From: a virus
Lineage: Duplodnaviria; Caudoviricetes
Strand: one strand, 5' to 3'
Virus record (IMG/VR): IMGVR_UViG_3300032265_002780
Location: 1-55,243 of that record
DNA: 55,243 bases
Notes under the pieces: generated by a model
What the model was told of the DNA's origin: nothing
The model's database searches: none
The model's input: only the letters and a program-made list of their open reading frames with translations
In this document: in pieces, positions 47,069-55,243 of the stretch
Numbering within the stretch: position 1 is the first letter of the stretch
Layout: each line of letters starts with the position of its first letter
Made by a program: the position numbers and the translations under genes

Positions 47069-48619
47069 CTAAATTGCATCCATAATTTTTAGTATAAGAA
47101 CGTCATCTGCCCATCGTATACCTGGTGATTGTGTTGAATCTACAACAAGTGTTTGAAATTTTGTACCAACTGGAAGTCTTGTTGTTGATTGAAAACCATT
47201 ACCTACTATTAAATCACCTGTATTAGTAATAAGTGCATTAAAGTTACCCAGAGGTCCTTGAACTCCTTGTAATCCCTGCACTCCTTGTACGCCTTGAATT
47301 CCTTGCGCTTGATTAAATCCACCACCTTGCAAACCTTGAGTTCCTTGAAGTTGTGCATAACCAAATCCTTGAATACCTTGTGTGCCTTGTGGACCTTGAA
47401 TACCTTGAATGCTTAAACCTTGAAGGCCTTGAGTTCCTTGAAGTTGTGCATAACCAAATCCTTGAACACCTTGTGTGCCTTGTGCACCCTGAATACCTTG
47501 TGTACCAGTTGCTCCTTGTAAACCTTGTAAACCTTGTGTACCTTGTGCTTGATTAAATCCGCCACCCTGAAGACCTTGTACACCTTGTGAACCTTGAACT
47601 CCCATAAGATTATCATAAGATTCAAACCATTCTGCACCATCCCAAATATATGTTCTTCCGTCATTAATATTTATCCATCCCGACCCAATTAATGGTGAAG
47701 ACGGAGGTGTTGATGAAATTGCATATGTGTTTACATTTCCTTGAATGCCTTGTAAGCCTTGTATACCTTGTGTGCCTTGTAAACCTTGAGTACCTTGAAT
47801 ACCTTGAATACCTTGTATACTTATGCCTTGTAAGCCTTGTATACCTTGTGTGCCTTGTAAACCTTGAGTACCTTGAACGCCTTGAATACCTTGTATACTT
47901 ATGCCTTGTAAGCCTTGTATACCTTGTGTGCCTTGTAAACCTTGAGTACCTTGAACTGAACCAGCTTGTCCTTGAATACCTTGTAAACCTTGTGCTTGAT
48001 TAAATCCGCCACCTTGAAGACCTTGTAAACCTTGAAGACCCTGTGTACCCTGTGCAGCAGTTGGACCTTGAATACCTTGTGTACCTTGTAATCCAATTTG
48101 TCCAGCAACAGAAAATATCCATCCTGCATATGTTCCAGATCCGACAAATTTATCTGAGTTTACTGTGATAGAAGTATTTGCTGTTAATGAAGTAATTTGT
48201 CCTTCAATATAACTTGTTGGAGATCCCGACGGAACTACAATTACTCTTTGTCCATTTATAAATGCACCAGTACTTGACACTGCAAATGTAAGGGAGCCTG
48301 TTCCTAAAGTTATACTTGTTGTTGATGAAACACCTAAATAAGAAACGCCTTGTGTTCCTTGAATGCCTTGAATAGACAAGCCTTGCACACCTTGTGTGCC
48401 TTGAATGCTTAATCCCTGTAAACCTTGATTTCCTTGTGTTCCTTGAACGCCTTGAATACCTTGTGTTCCAGCGCCTGTTTGTCCTTGTAAACCTTGAACA
48501 CCTTGCGAACCAATTGTTGTTCCAATAGAATCCCAAGTAGTACCATTCCAAATCCAAGTGCGACCTTGGTAGCTGTAGGTTTGATTTAACGACGGGGATG
48601 ATGGAAAACTTATGGCCAT
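47069..48619 (-). CDS. collagen-like (G-X-Q) fibre protein
   Basis: MAISFP module, then three G-X-Q tracts separated by globular modules; near-perfect 78-bp internal tandem repeats. Confidence 0.88.
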   Translation of the reverse strand: MAISFPSSPSLNQTYSYQGRTWIWNGTTWDSIGTTIGSQGVQGLQGQTGAGTQGIQGVQGTQGNQGLQGLSIQGTQGVQGLSIQGIQGTQGVSYLGVSSTTSITLGTGSLTFAVSSTGAFINGQRVIVVPSGSPTSYIEGQITSLTANTSITVNSDKFVGSGTYAGWIFSVAGQIGLQGTQGIQGPTAAQGTQGLQGLQGLQGGGFNQAQGLQGIQGQAGSVQGTQGLQGTQGIQGLQGISIQGIQGVQGTQGLQGTQGIQGLQGISIQGIQGIQGTQGLQGTQGIQGLQGIQGNVNTYAISSTPPSSPLIGSGWININDGRTYIWDGAEWFESYDNLMGVQGSQGVQGLQGGGFNQAQGTQGLQGLQGATGTQGIQGAQGTQGVQGFGYAQLQGTQGLQGLSIQGIQGPQGTQGIQGFGYAQLQGTQGLQGGGFNQAQGIQGVQGVQGLQGVQGPLGNFNALITNTGDLIVGNGFQSTTRLPVGTKFQTLVVDSTQSPGIRWADDVLILKIMDAI

Positions 48620-48657
48620 AATAAGTTTATTATACTATTATTCCTGGTTAAAGCGGA

Positions 48658-48882
48658 TTAATTGTCATTGTTTGTAATCCAAGAATGCCATGAACATTCT
48701 TGATGAACAATTGGTAGAAAGGCTTCACCCTCTGCATTTTTTTGTTCTTCCTCCCAAACTTTGGCGGGAGGCAAAGTAGCAAGAATAGGATTTAACCATT
48801 CTTGTGCTTCTTGAATAGTATCAAATGTTTTTTCTTCTGTTGGAGATTTATCAACATCTCCATATCCTGCTGTATATGTCAT
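48658..48882 (-). CDS. hypothetical protein
   Basis: 74 aa; SD AAGGAG. Confidence 0.6.
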   Translation of the reverse strand: MTYTAGYGDVDKSPTEEKTFDTIQEAQEWLNPILATLPPAKVWEEEQKNAEGEAFLPIVHQECSWHSWITNNDN

Positions 48883-48891
48883 TATTTCTCC

Positions 48892-49131
48892 TTATGGTGT
48901 TTTTGGGTATTTTGTATATGCTTGTAAATTTGTTGATGTTGTTGATTTATAGCTAGAAATAAAACTTGTTATTGAATCTCCATAATATTGTGTTAAAAGG
49001 AGCACATATGTTTGTGCAGTATAACTATTGTTGTTATTTGGATATGAAGAAAATAAAGAAATATTATTAAATGTAAATGTTGTTGATGTTGCTGTAGTTA
49101 ATAGTGGTTGATCTCCTGTATATGCTGTCAT
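48892..49131 (-). CDS. hypothetical S/T/Y-rich protein
   Basis: 79 aa; SD AAGGA. Confidence 0.55.
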   Translation of the reverse strand: MTAYTGDQPLLTTATSTTFTFNNISLFSSYPNNNNSYTAQTYVLLLTQYYGDSITSFISSYKSTTSTNLQAYTKYPKTP

Positions 49132-49140
49132 ATTTTATCC

Positions 49141-50094
49141 TTATTGTTTTGGAATCCACATGTAAGAAGGATAAGTTACATATGTAGATGGTTTTACATA
49201 GTTGTATGTATTTGCACCTACAGTTATTGATAAAGTATCTCCACCTGCAGTGTTAGCAGCACCTTGAGGATTATATATAAAATCTTTAAGTGTTCCTAGT
49301 TGTCTTTGATATGCTGGTGCATGTAAAGATGTAAAAGTAAATAATGATGAATATACAAAACCTGTTTTAGGATTTGTACCAGAAGGAACTCCATCATTGC
49401 TAAGTTGAAAAACAGCGCTGCTAGATGTGTAGGAGTTATAAACAGCCCAATTAGTTGTTGCTGCTGTAACATATGTTTCTCTCGTTAAAGCTCCAGATCT
49501 AGAATTTGTATATGTAGGGGTGATTGTGCCGTTGTAGCTATTATATCCAATATTTAAAACAATTAATGGGAAAAGGCTTGCACTTCCAATAGGGTCGTAT
49601 AATCCAGCGTAGCCATTATCGCTATAGCTTGTAGAATTTCCCCAAATTATTCTATTAACATTTATATTAACATAATGTGTTATAGCTGTTGATACTGGAG
49701 CGTAAATATATGTACTTTTATATAAAGATGCCCCGCTTGTTGTTGATGATAAAAGAACGCCAGAATCGTTTACAGATCCATCAGAAGCGGGAGTCATAGA
49801 AGTTCCACCAGTTTGTGGAGCATATTTTGTAGCTAAATGTGTTGAAACGTTATATTGTTCAAATACCATAACTGACACAGTTGTGGTAGTTGTAGAAATT
49901 CTATTAAATCCAATATAAAAATCTGTACCAAATGAGTTAGATGTTCCTGGAGATTTGTAAACATCACTAATATTTGTACCAGATGTATATGTTTCAACAA
50001 AAACATAACCATTTGCAGGCATCCATGTCTGCAAATTAGTCATAATATCTAAAGCTGGGTTAGCTGTGTTATATGTTGTCTCATAATATGCCAT
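49141..50094 (-). CDS. hypothetical S/T-rich virion protein
   Basis: 317 aa, beta-rich composition; SD AGGAG. Confidence 0.6.
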   Translation of the reverse strand: MAYYETTYNTANPALDIMTNLQTWMPANGYVFVETYTSGTNISDVYKSPGTSNSFGTDFYIGFNRISTTTTTVSVMVFEQYNVSTHLATKYAPQTGGTSMTPASDGSVNDSGVLLSSTTSGASLYKSTYIYAPVSTAITHYVNINVNRIIWGNSTSYSDNGYAGLYDPIGSASLFPLIVLNIGYNSYNGTITPTYTNSRSGALTRETYVTAATTNWAVYNSYTSSSAVFQLSNDGVPSGTNPKTGFVYSSLFTFTSLHAPAYQRQLGTLKDFIYNPQGAANTAGGDTLSITVGANTYNYVKPSTYVTYPSYMWIPKQ

Positions 50095-50104
50095 TTTTTA
50101 TCTC

Positions 50105-50926
50105 CTATACAAATCTTTCTACTCTTAAATTTGCTAATGTAAAGTTTGCTGTAGATCCACTTACATTTTTAACTCTTATCCACATTGAATTTCCTGAATC
50201 TGCTTCAAAATACCAAGGTGCTGATAAATTGTATGAAGTTCCATAAAATCCTGCTGTAGATAACATTACTGTTCCCCCGCCACTTGATGCAGAGCGAACC
50301 TCTATGTCAAACTGGGTTGGAGTATCAGCCGTTATATTAAATAATGATACCAGACCACGCTGACAAACAGAAGTTATTTCAGTTTCTGTAAATGATGTTG
50401 ATACTGGAATATTGCCCAAAGATACTGCAGATTTTGTAACTTTTGCTGTTGAACCTGAAGGTCCTTGTAAACCTTGTGATGCTCCTGAACCTTGTAATCC
50501 TTGTGGTCCGTTATATCCTTGTACGCCCAAATAATTTCCATAAGGTTCAAACCATTCTAAACCATCATAAACATATAGACGACCAGTGTTTGTATTTAAC
50601 CAAGCAGTTCCTGTTAATGGTGTTGCTGGAGGTGTTGTAGAAACTGTATAAACACCTTGCAAACCAATAAGTCCTTGAACACCTTGCAAACCAATAAGTC
50701 CTTGAACACCTTGAATTCCTTGACGACCTTGTATTCCTTGTACGCCTATTAAACCTTGTATTCCTTGAATACCTTGAATACCAGTAAAACCTTGAATACC
50801 TTGAGGTCCTTTATTTGTTGTAAGGTAATTATCAATTTCAGAAGCCAATGCATAAATATCCCTAGGGACGTCGGGAGTATCAGTATATTGTGGGTAGTTG
50901 AAACCCTTAGTAGTTTGCAGGCTCAT
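50105..50926 (-). CDS. short collagen-like protein
   Basis: 'T.KGFNYP..TD.PDVP.DI..LA..ID' fibre N-terminus, a G-X-Q tract, a 'W.NT..GRLY.YDG.EW' module and a globular C-terminus. Confidence 0.8.
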   Translation of the reverse strand: MSLQTTKGFNYPQYTDTPDVPRDIYALASEIDNYLTTNKGPQGIQGFTGIQGIQGIQGLIGVQGIQGRQGIQGVQGLIGLQGVQGLIGLQGVYTVSTTPPATPLTGTAWLNTNTGRLYVYDGLEWFEPYGNYLGVQGYNGPQGLQGSGASQGLQGPSGSTAKVTKSAVSLGNIPVSTSFTETEITSVCQRGLVSLFNITADTPTQFDIEVRSASSGGGTVMLSTAGFYGTSYNLSAPWYFEADSGNSMWIRVKNVSGSTANFTLANLRVERFV

Positions 50927-50934
50927 ATGCTATA

Positions 50935-50943
50935 AGTATACCA
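50935..50943 (-). promoter_or_regulatory. extended -10 promoter, leaderless
   Basis: TGGTATACT 8 nt before ATG 50926. Confidence 0.45.
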
Positions 50944-50965
50944 AAATAAGTACAAAATGCATGCA

Positions 50966-51520
50966 TTAAAGTCTTTGTAGATTATATTCTACAGATGATC
51001 TGTATGTTAAACTAATATCTTGTTTAAGCAATCTTTCAAATATTTCTTTGGATTCTACTTTTCTTCCCAGCCACCAGCCCGATACGCCTTTTTCAAATTC
51101 AAGGCAATATAATCCATAGTATTCAACATCAATTGGAAGAGCTTCTAAGCGGGAATTGTGAGTAAGCCCTACCTGAGCCCATGTATAACATTCCTGCCAA
51201 TCTTGTTTTCTTTCATAATATCTAGATAGGAGAAAATAAGCTTCTGGTCTATTTGGCAAATATTGTATTGCTTGTAACAAGCAATGTTTTGTAGTATGTT
51301 CTCTTTCACGTTGTGAATCAAAACAAAGAGACATTCTTAAAAGTGATGCATATACAACAAGTGGATCTATATCGTGTCCATATTCTGCAGCTCTTAAATA
51401 AAATGATATTGCAGATGCAGATTGACCCATTTCTTCATATTTTTTAGCAATCTCAAAATTAAGTTTTGGATTAAACATATCATGAGAAGCATCTTCAACT
51501 AACTTTTCAATTGTTGGCAT
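50966..51520 (-). CDS. TPR-repeat protein
   Basis: 'A..YE..GQ.ASA.SFYLRAAE', 'AIQYLPNRPEAYFLLSRYY'. Confidence 0.8.
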   Translation of the reverse strand: MPTIEKLVEDASHDMFNPKLNFEIAKKYEEMGQSASAISFYLRAAEYGHDIDPLVVYASLLRMSLCFDSQREREHTTKHCLLQAIQYLPNRPEAYFLLSRYYERKQDWQECYTWAQVGLTHNSRLEALPIDVEYYGLYCLEFEKGVSGWWLGRKVESKEIFERLLKQDISLTYRSSVEYNLQRL

Positions 51521-52520
51521 GTTGAATAATCTCCTCTATCATTTCTGTAACTAATTTATTTGGAACACGCAATACAAATGCTGCATTATCTTGAAATCCA
51601 AATGATATTAACAAATCATTATTATGTACTGCTGCACCAGCAGCAAATTCTATTCTTGCATCTAAGAATGAAAAATGTTCTGGAGATACTCCAATTAAAT
51701 TATATTCTTTATCCCATACACATAATCTATGACGATATACTCCATCTTTTTGATTAAGATAATTAAAAAATAGATTTACTTCGTGTGTAATAGATAGATA
51801 GTAATTACCAAAAGGGATTAATTGTGACCCGCCCCGTTGATCTGCAAGCATTGCAATGCCTGTTTCTTTAATTGAAACTTGATCGCAACGAGCGGGAAGA
51901 TCTGGGTAAGTCTTTACAATTTCAGTAGGAGAAGTCCACTTAACAAAATGATAAGGTTTATCAATAATAGGATACCAATTCTTTTCACAATATGATTCAT
52001 CAGTTCCTGGAGCTGGAATTCTAATACGAGATACTTCTTTTGCTGTCCAATTCTTTTTATCTAATTCAATCTTAGATAATTCCATACGACCTTCGCCGTT
52101 AGGCTTTGTATCTCTGCGAACACCAATATTATAATAGTCCCCGTCCCATTGAACTAAACGACAATCTTCTTGTCCAATAAACTCCCACACGGGCGGGACA
52201 TCAAGAGTACTAGTGTCAACTAAACAACTATTCATTACATTTAAATTATCATCTAAACGCATAAGATAATTAGTAGTTCTAAGTGTTAGATCTTTTTCTG
52301 GATGTAGATATGATAATGGCCCCCAAATTGACGGGAACTTTTGATTATTCTCAGAATGATAAAGAGTATAATTTGTATGTCTTAAATTTACTAGTATTTC
52401 TCCATCATCATCTATAAATATGGATGGGTTCATTAATCCCGTCCCAGATGTCAATATTTTTTCAATGACCAATGGTGCTAATTTTCCACCATATTGGACG
52501 GATTTTTGAACAAGATTCAT
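51507..52520 (-). CDS. five-bladed beta-propeller, GH130/GH43-like glycoside hydrolase or phosphorylase
   Basis: 'MNPSI', 'GQEDCRL', 'EKNWYP', 'RGGSQ', 'YRHR', 'IEFAAG', 'SFGFQD'. Confidence 0.7.
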   Translation of the reverse strand: MNLVQKSVQYGGKLAPLVIEKILTSGTGLMNPSIFIDDDGEILVNLRHTNYTLYHSENNQKFPSIWGPLSYLHPEKDLTLRTTNYLMRLDDNLNVMNSCLVDTSTLDVPPVWEFIGQEDCRLVQWDGDYYNIGVRRDTKPNGEGRMELSKIELDKKNWTAKEVSRIRIPAPGTDESYCEKNWYPIIDKPYHFVKWTSPTEIVKTYPDLPARCDQVSIKETGIAMLADQRGGSQLIPFGNYYLSITHEVNLFFNYLNQKDGVYRHRLCVWDKEYNLIGVSPEHFSFLDARIEFAAGAAVHNNDLLISFGFQDNAAFVLRVPNKLVTEMIEEIIQHANN

Positions 52521-52526
52521 CTATTG

Positions 52527-52556
52527 ATTATACCCTACTGCTATATGTTTTGTCTA
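52527..52556 (-). promoter_or_regulatory. sigma70-type promoter, leaderless
   Basis: TAGACA-18 nt-TATAAT, 6 nt before ATG 52520. Confidence 0.6.
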
Positions 52557-52587
52557 TTGTAGGGCTTGTTGGAAAATCAATAGCCAT
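52528..52587 (-). pseudogene. 19-aa remnant of the 'MAIxFP' module
   Basis: MAIDFPTSPTIDKTYSSRV*; the stop codon lies inside the -10 box of the next promoter. Confidence 0.6.
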
Positions 52588-52608
52588 TATGACTTTTTGT
52601 AAATTTCA

Positions 52609-55243
52609 TTATGTCCAGGAACCGACAGATGCAACGGTGTCTGTTCCTATTGGTGTTAAACGAATATATGAACCTGGCGCAGTTTGGGTAGGAGATGAAC
52701 CTGGGGCAGTAGAAAACGCAATTTGCGGAATAATTGTTCCTGTAGCGTTAATTCTTAAAACACCCTTAACTTGGAAAGGATTTGCAAGTGCCTGTGATGT
52801 AGTTGTGTACATATTTCCACCAGTTGCCGCTGTCCAAACAAGATGACGAGCCGTTCCAGCAGTTCCAGCCGATGTTTGCGGTGAATAAATAGTTTGAAAA
52901 TAGGCTGAAGTAAATGTTGCCGTACCACCAAAGTTAAAGTTTAATAAAAATGAGTTACTTGCACCTGTTGTAATAATGTTGGCAACTATTTCAAACAAAT
53001 AACTTGTGTTTGCCGCTACGGTAAACGCTCCGTTAGTAGTTGCGTTAAACATGGCTTGGTTTCCAGTTGCCGATGATAGCGTTTTAGCAGTAGAAAGTAT
53101 TTCAAAATAAGATAGATCAATTACTGCGCGACCTGCTGTTGCTGTAGTTGTAAAGTATCCTGCGTTTCCGTCATACTCAATTGCACCCGCAGTAGGTGAG
53201 GTTTGGCTTGTTCCCGAAGTAAGGTTTAATGGAGCGTATGTTGTATTTCCAGCACCTAGTATTGTTGAACCATTAATAGTTGTTTTAGCATAGTTGGTGG
53301 TGCTTGTACGCTGACCGATGTTTATGCTGCCGCCTACGGATTGGTTTGAAACTGGTCCTATTATTACGGCGGCTTGTGAAGTATTTGTACCAAAAGCAAT
53401 ACCTGATGCAGCAGTAGTGCCAGCAATTCCACCAGGAACAATTGTACCAAGTCCATAACTTGTACTTGCTTGCGGATCATCTATTGGCAAATTCTCGTAT
53501 GCTATATCCCATGCACTATTGGTATCTACCGATGTTGAAATGACCGTGCAACGAATTCTTGCTTGAATAGGTAAATTAACAAGTGATGCTGCGCTGCCTG
53601 TCCTAATTGCTGCGGGAGCAGTAGCAGTACTTAAATTAACAATAAGAAAAGAATCACCAAGTGATAAAGTGCTTGTGGTTGGCAAATTAACATACCAAGT
53701 AGTACCGCTTGCACTTCCAGTATAATACTGATTTCTAGCAGATGCAGATGTTAAATTGTAATTTGTGGCTGCAACCGCAACTGTTGTTGCATAAGAAACA
53801 CCAGCAGAAGTACCAGTAGTGCCTTGTAAACCGTTAGTTCCCTGTAAACCTTGAATACCTTGAATTGAAATTCCTTGTAAACCTTGAACTCCTTGAATAC
53901 CTTGTGAAGCAACTAAACCTTGTAAACCTTGTGTTCCCTGTGATCCAGCTCCTGTTAAACCTTGAAAACCTTGGATGCCTTGTAAACCTTGAATGCCTTG
54001 TGTTCCCTGTAATCCAGCTCCTGTTAAACCTTGAAAACCTTGGATGCCTTGTAAACCTTGAATGCCTTGTGTTCCCTGTAATCCAGCTCCTGTTAAACCT
54101 TGAAAACCCTGTATGCCTTGTAAACCACGTCTTGATTGAATAAAGCTGTATGTTATTCCATTTGTAAATGTTCCACCATTTGATACAAAAGTTACAGGAA
54201 TTGTATATGTTGTAGTATTTAATGTTGGTGTTGCTGAAACTTGAAATTCCGCCCAAGTTGCTCCAAATGTAAACCAAATAGTATCTCCATTTGCTATTGA
54301 GCTTCCTGAAGTATTATTTATATACACATTTGTTACAGAAGATACTGTAGCGTTGTTAAAGTTAAATTGTCCAGCAGTTGATGATGTAGATGTTGTTCCA
54401 TTATTAAATGTTAGTGGAACACCAGAAGCAGAGCCCTGTAAACCCTGAATACCTTGAATGCCCTGTGCACCAGTTCCAATAAGACCTTGTAAACCAGTTG
54501 TTCCTTGTGTACCTGTTGTGCCCTGTGAACCAATTGTACCCTGTGCGCCTGTTGTACCTTGTGCACCTGTTGTACCTTGTAAACCAGTTGTTCCTTGTGT
54601 ACCTGTTGTGCCCTGTGAACCAATTGTGCCCTGTGAACCAATTGTACCCTGTGCGCCTGTTGTACCTTGTGCACCTGTTGTACCTTGTGAACCAATTGCG
54701 CCTTGTGCACCTGTTGTACCTTGTGAACCTGTAAGACCTTGTGCTCCAACTAATCCTTGTACACCTTGTGTACCTATTGTGCCTTGTAAACCAATTGTGC
54801 CCTGTGCACCTGTTGTGCCTTGTGCACCTGTTGTGCCCTGTGAACCAATTGTACCCTGTGCACCTATTGTTCCTTGTGTGCCTATTGTGCCCTGTGAACC
54901 TGTTATTCCTTGTGCACCTGTTCTACCTTGTACACCTTGTGTACCCTGTGATCCAGTTATTCCCTGTGATCCAGTTGTTCCTTGTGCTCCAGTTAATCCT
55001 TGTACACCTTGTGTACCCTGTGTTCCTTGTGCTCCAGTTAATCCTTGTACACCTTGTGTACCCTGTGTTCCAGTTAATCCTTGTACACCTTGTGTACCCT
55101 GTGATCCCTGTGAGCCAGTTAATCCTTGTACACCTTGTGTACCCTGTGATCCCTGTGATCCAGTTAATCCTTGTACACCTTGTGTACCCTGTGTTCCCTG
55201 TGATCCAGTTATTCCCTGTGATCCAGTTGTTCCTTGTGCTCCA
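52609..55243 (-). CDS. long collagen-like (G-X-Q/G-X-T) fibre protein, 5'-partial
   Basis: The frame of ORF 52609..54327 stays open upstream to the window end, reading [12 protein letters not shown]-type triplets over about 54430-55243. A second collagen tract at about 53810-54125 has 69-bp tandem repeats. Globular C-terminal domain. Confidence 0.88.
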   Translation of the reverse strand, partial: GAQGTTGSQGITGSQGTQGTQGVQGLTGSQGSQGTQGVQGLTGSQGSQGTQGVQGLTGTQGTQGVQGLTGAQGTQGTQGVQGLTGAQGTTGSQGITGSQGTQGVQGRTGAQGITGSQGTIGTQGTIGAQGTIGSQGTTGAQGTTGAQGTIGLQGTIGTQGVQGLVGAQGLTGSQGTTGAQGAIGSQGTTGAQGTTGAQGTIGSQGTIGSQGTTGTQGTTGLQGTTGAQGTTGAQGTIGSQGTTGTQGTTGLQGLIGTGAQGIQGIQGLQGSASGVPLTFNNGTTSTSSTAGQFNFNNATVSSVTNVYINNTSGSSIANGDTIWFTFGATWAEFQVSATPTLNTTTYTIPVTFVSNGGTFTNGITYSFIQSRRGLQGIQGFQGLTGAGLQGTQGIQGLQGIQGFQGLTGAGLQGTQGIQGLQGIQGFQGLTGAGSQGTQGLQGLVASQGIQGVQGLQGISIQGIQGLQGTNGLQGTTGTSAGVSYATTVAVAATNYNLTSASARNQYYTGSASGTTWYVNLPTTSTLSLGDSFLIVNLSTATAPAAIRTGSAASLVNLPIQARIRCTVISTSVDTNSAWDIAYENLPIDDPQASTSYGLGTIVPGGIAGTTAASGIAFGTNTSQAAVIIGPVSNQSVGGSINIGQRTSTTNYAKTTINGSTILGAGNTTYAPLNLTSGTSQTSPTAGAIEYDGNAGYFTTTATAGRAVIDLSYFEILSTAKTLSSATGNQAMFNATTNGAFTVAANTSYLFEIVANIITTGASNSFLLNFNFGGTATFTSAYFQTIYSPQTSAGTAGTARHLVWTAATGGNMYTTTSQALANPFQVKGVLRINATGTIIPQIAFSTAPGSSPTQTAPGSYIRLTPIGTDTVASVGSWT

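Noticed and set aside
804-54734. All plus-strand ORFs in the track (e.g. 5102..5431, 6713..7108, 18463..18798, 52472..52846)
   Set aside because: They are antisense shadows of long minus-strand genes, with no SD or promoter support and no recognisable motifs.
47353-54749. Alternative-frame ORFs with HKV/LVYL/TRYSR repeats over the collagen genes
   Set aside because: They are by-products of the 9-nt periodicity of G-X-Q codons.
54430-55243. Repeat tract as a CRISPR array or non-coding satellite
   Set aside because: There are no unique spacers, and it translates in frame as collagen triplets.
1-55243. Stop-codon reassignment
   Set aside because: Standard code 11 gives dense, full-length genes, and TAA, TAG and TGA all act as stops.

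Overview
A 55-kb, AT-rich segment of a large tailed phage with siphovirus-type morphogenesis genes. All credible genes lie on the minus strand, so it is read from right to left. (1) About 55.2-40.1 kb: an accessory virion/fibre region with three G-X-Q/G-X-T collagen-like proteins, a TPR + beta-propeller pair, four tandem small paralogs and a 1173-aa repeat protein. (2) About 40.1-32.5 kb: an FN3-(F-x-F-x-P)n-Hint protein followed by a modification cassette of five 2OG-Fe(II) oxygenase-like genes, three DUF6065-like paralogs, a GT60-like glycosyltransferase, an APS-kinase/HxGH nucleotidyltransferase fusion and DUF2061. (3) About 32.4-14.4 kb: LamG protein, portal, an inserted endolysin/holin pair, protease-scaffold, major capsid, neck genes, major tail, frameshifted tail chaperones and tape measure. 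(4) About 14.4-0 kb: tail tip/fibre genes, small coiled-coil proteins, HNH, metallophosphoesterase, a holin-like ORF, a Zn-ribbon protein and a partial HTH-like gene. Extended -10 and apparently leaderless promoters and the gene order suggest an actinobacterial host (inference). The best candidate for a new system is the Hint-fused Phe/Pro-repeat protein with its adjacent hydroxylase/glycosyltransferase cassette. Other notable signals are a strand-biased excess of GGCGGG/CCCGCC and dispersed remnants of an 'MAIxFP' N-terminal module. All family assignments are from motifs read by eye; no searches were run.
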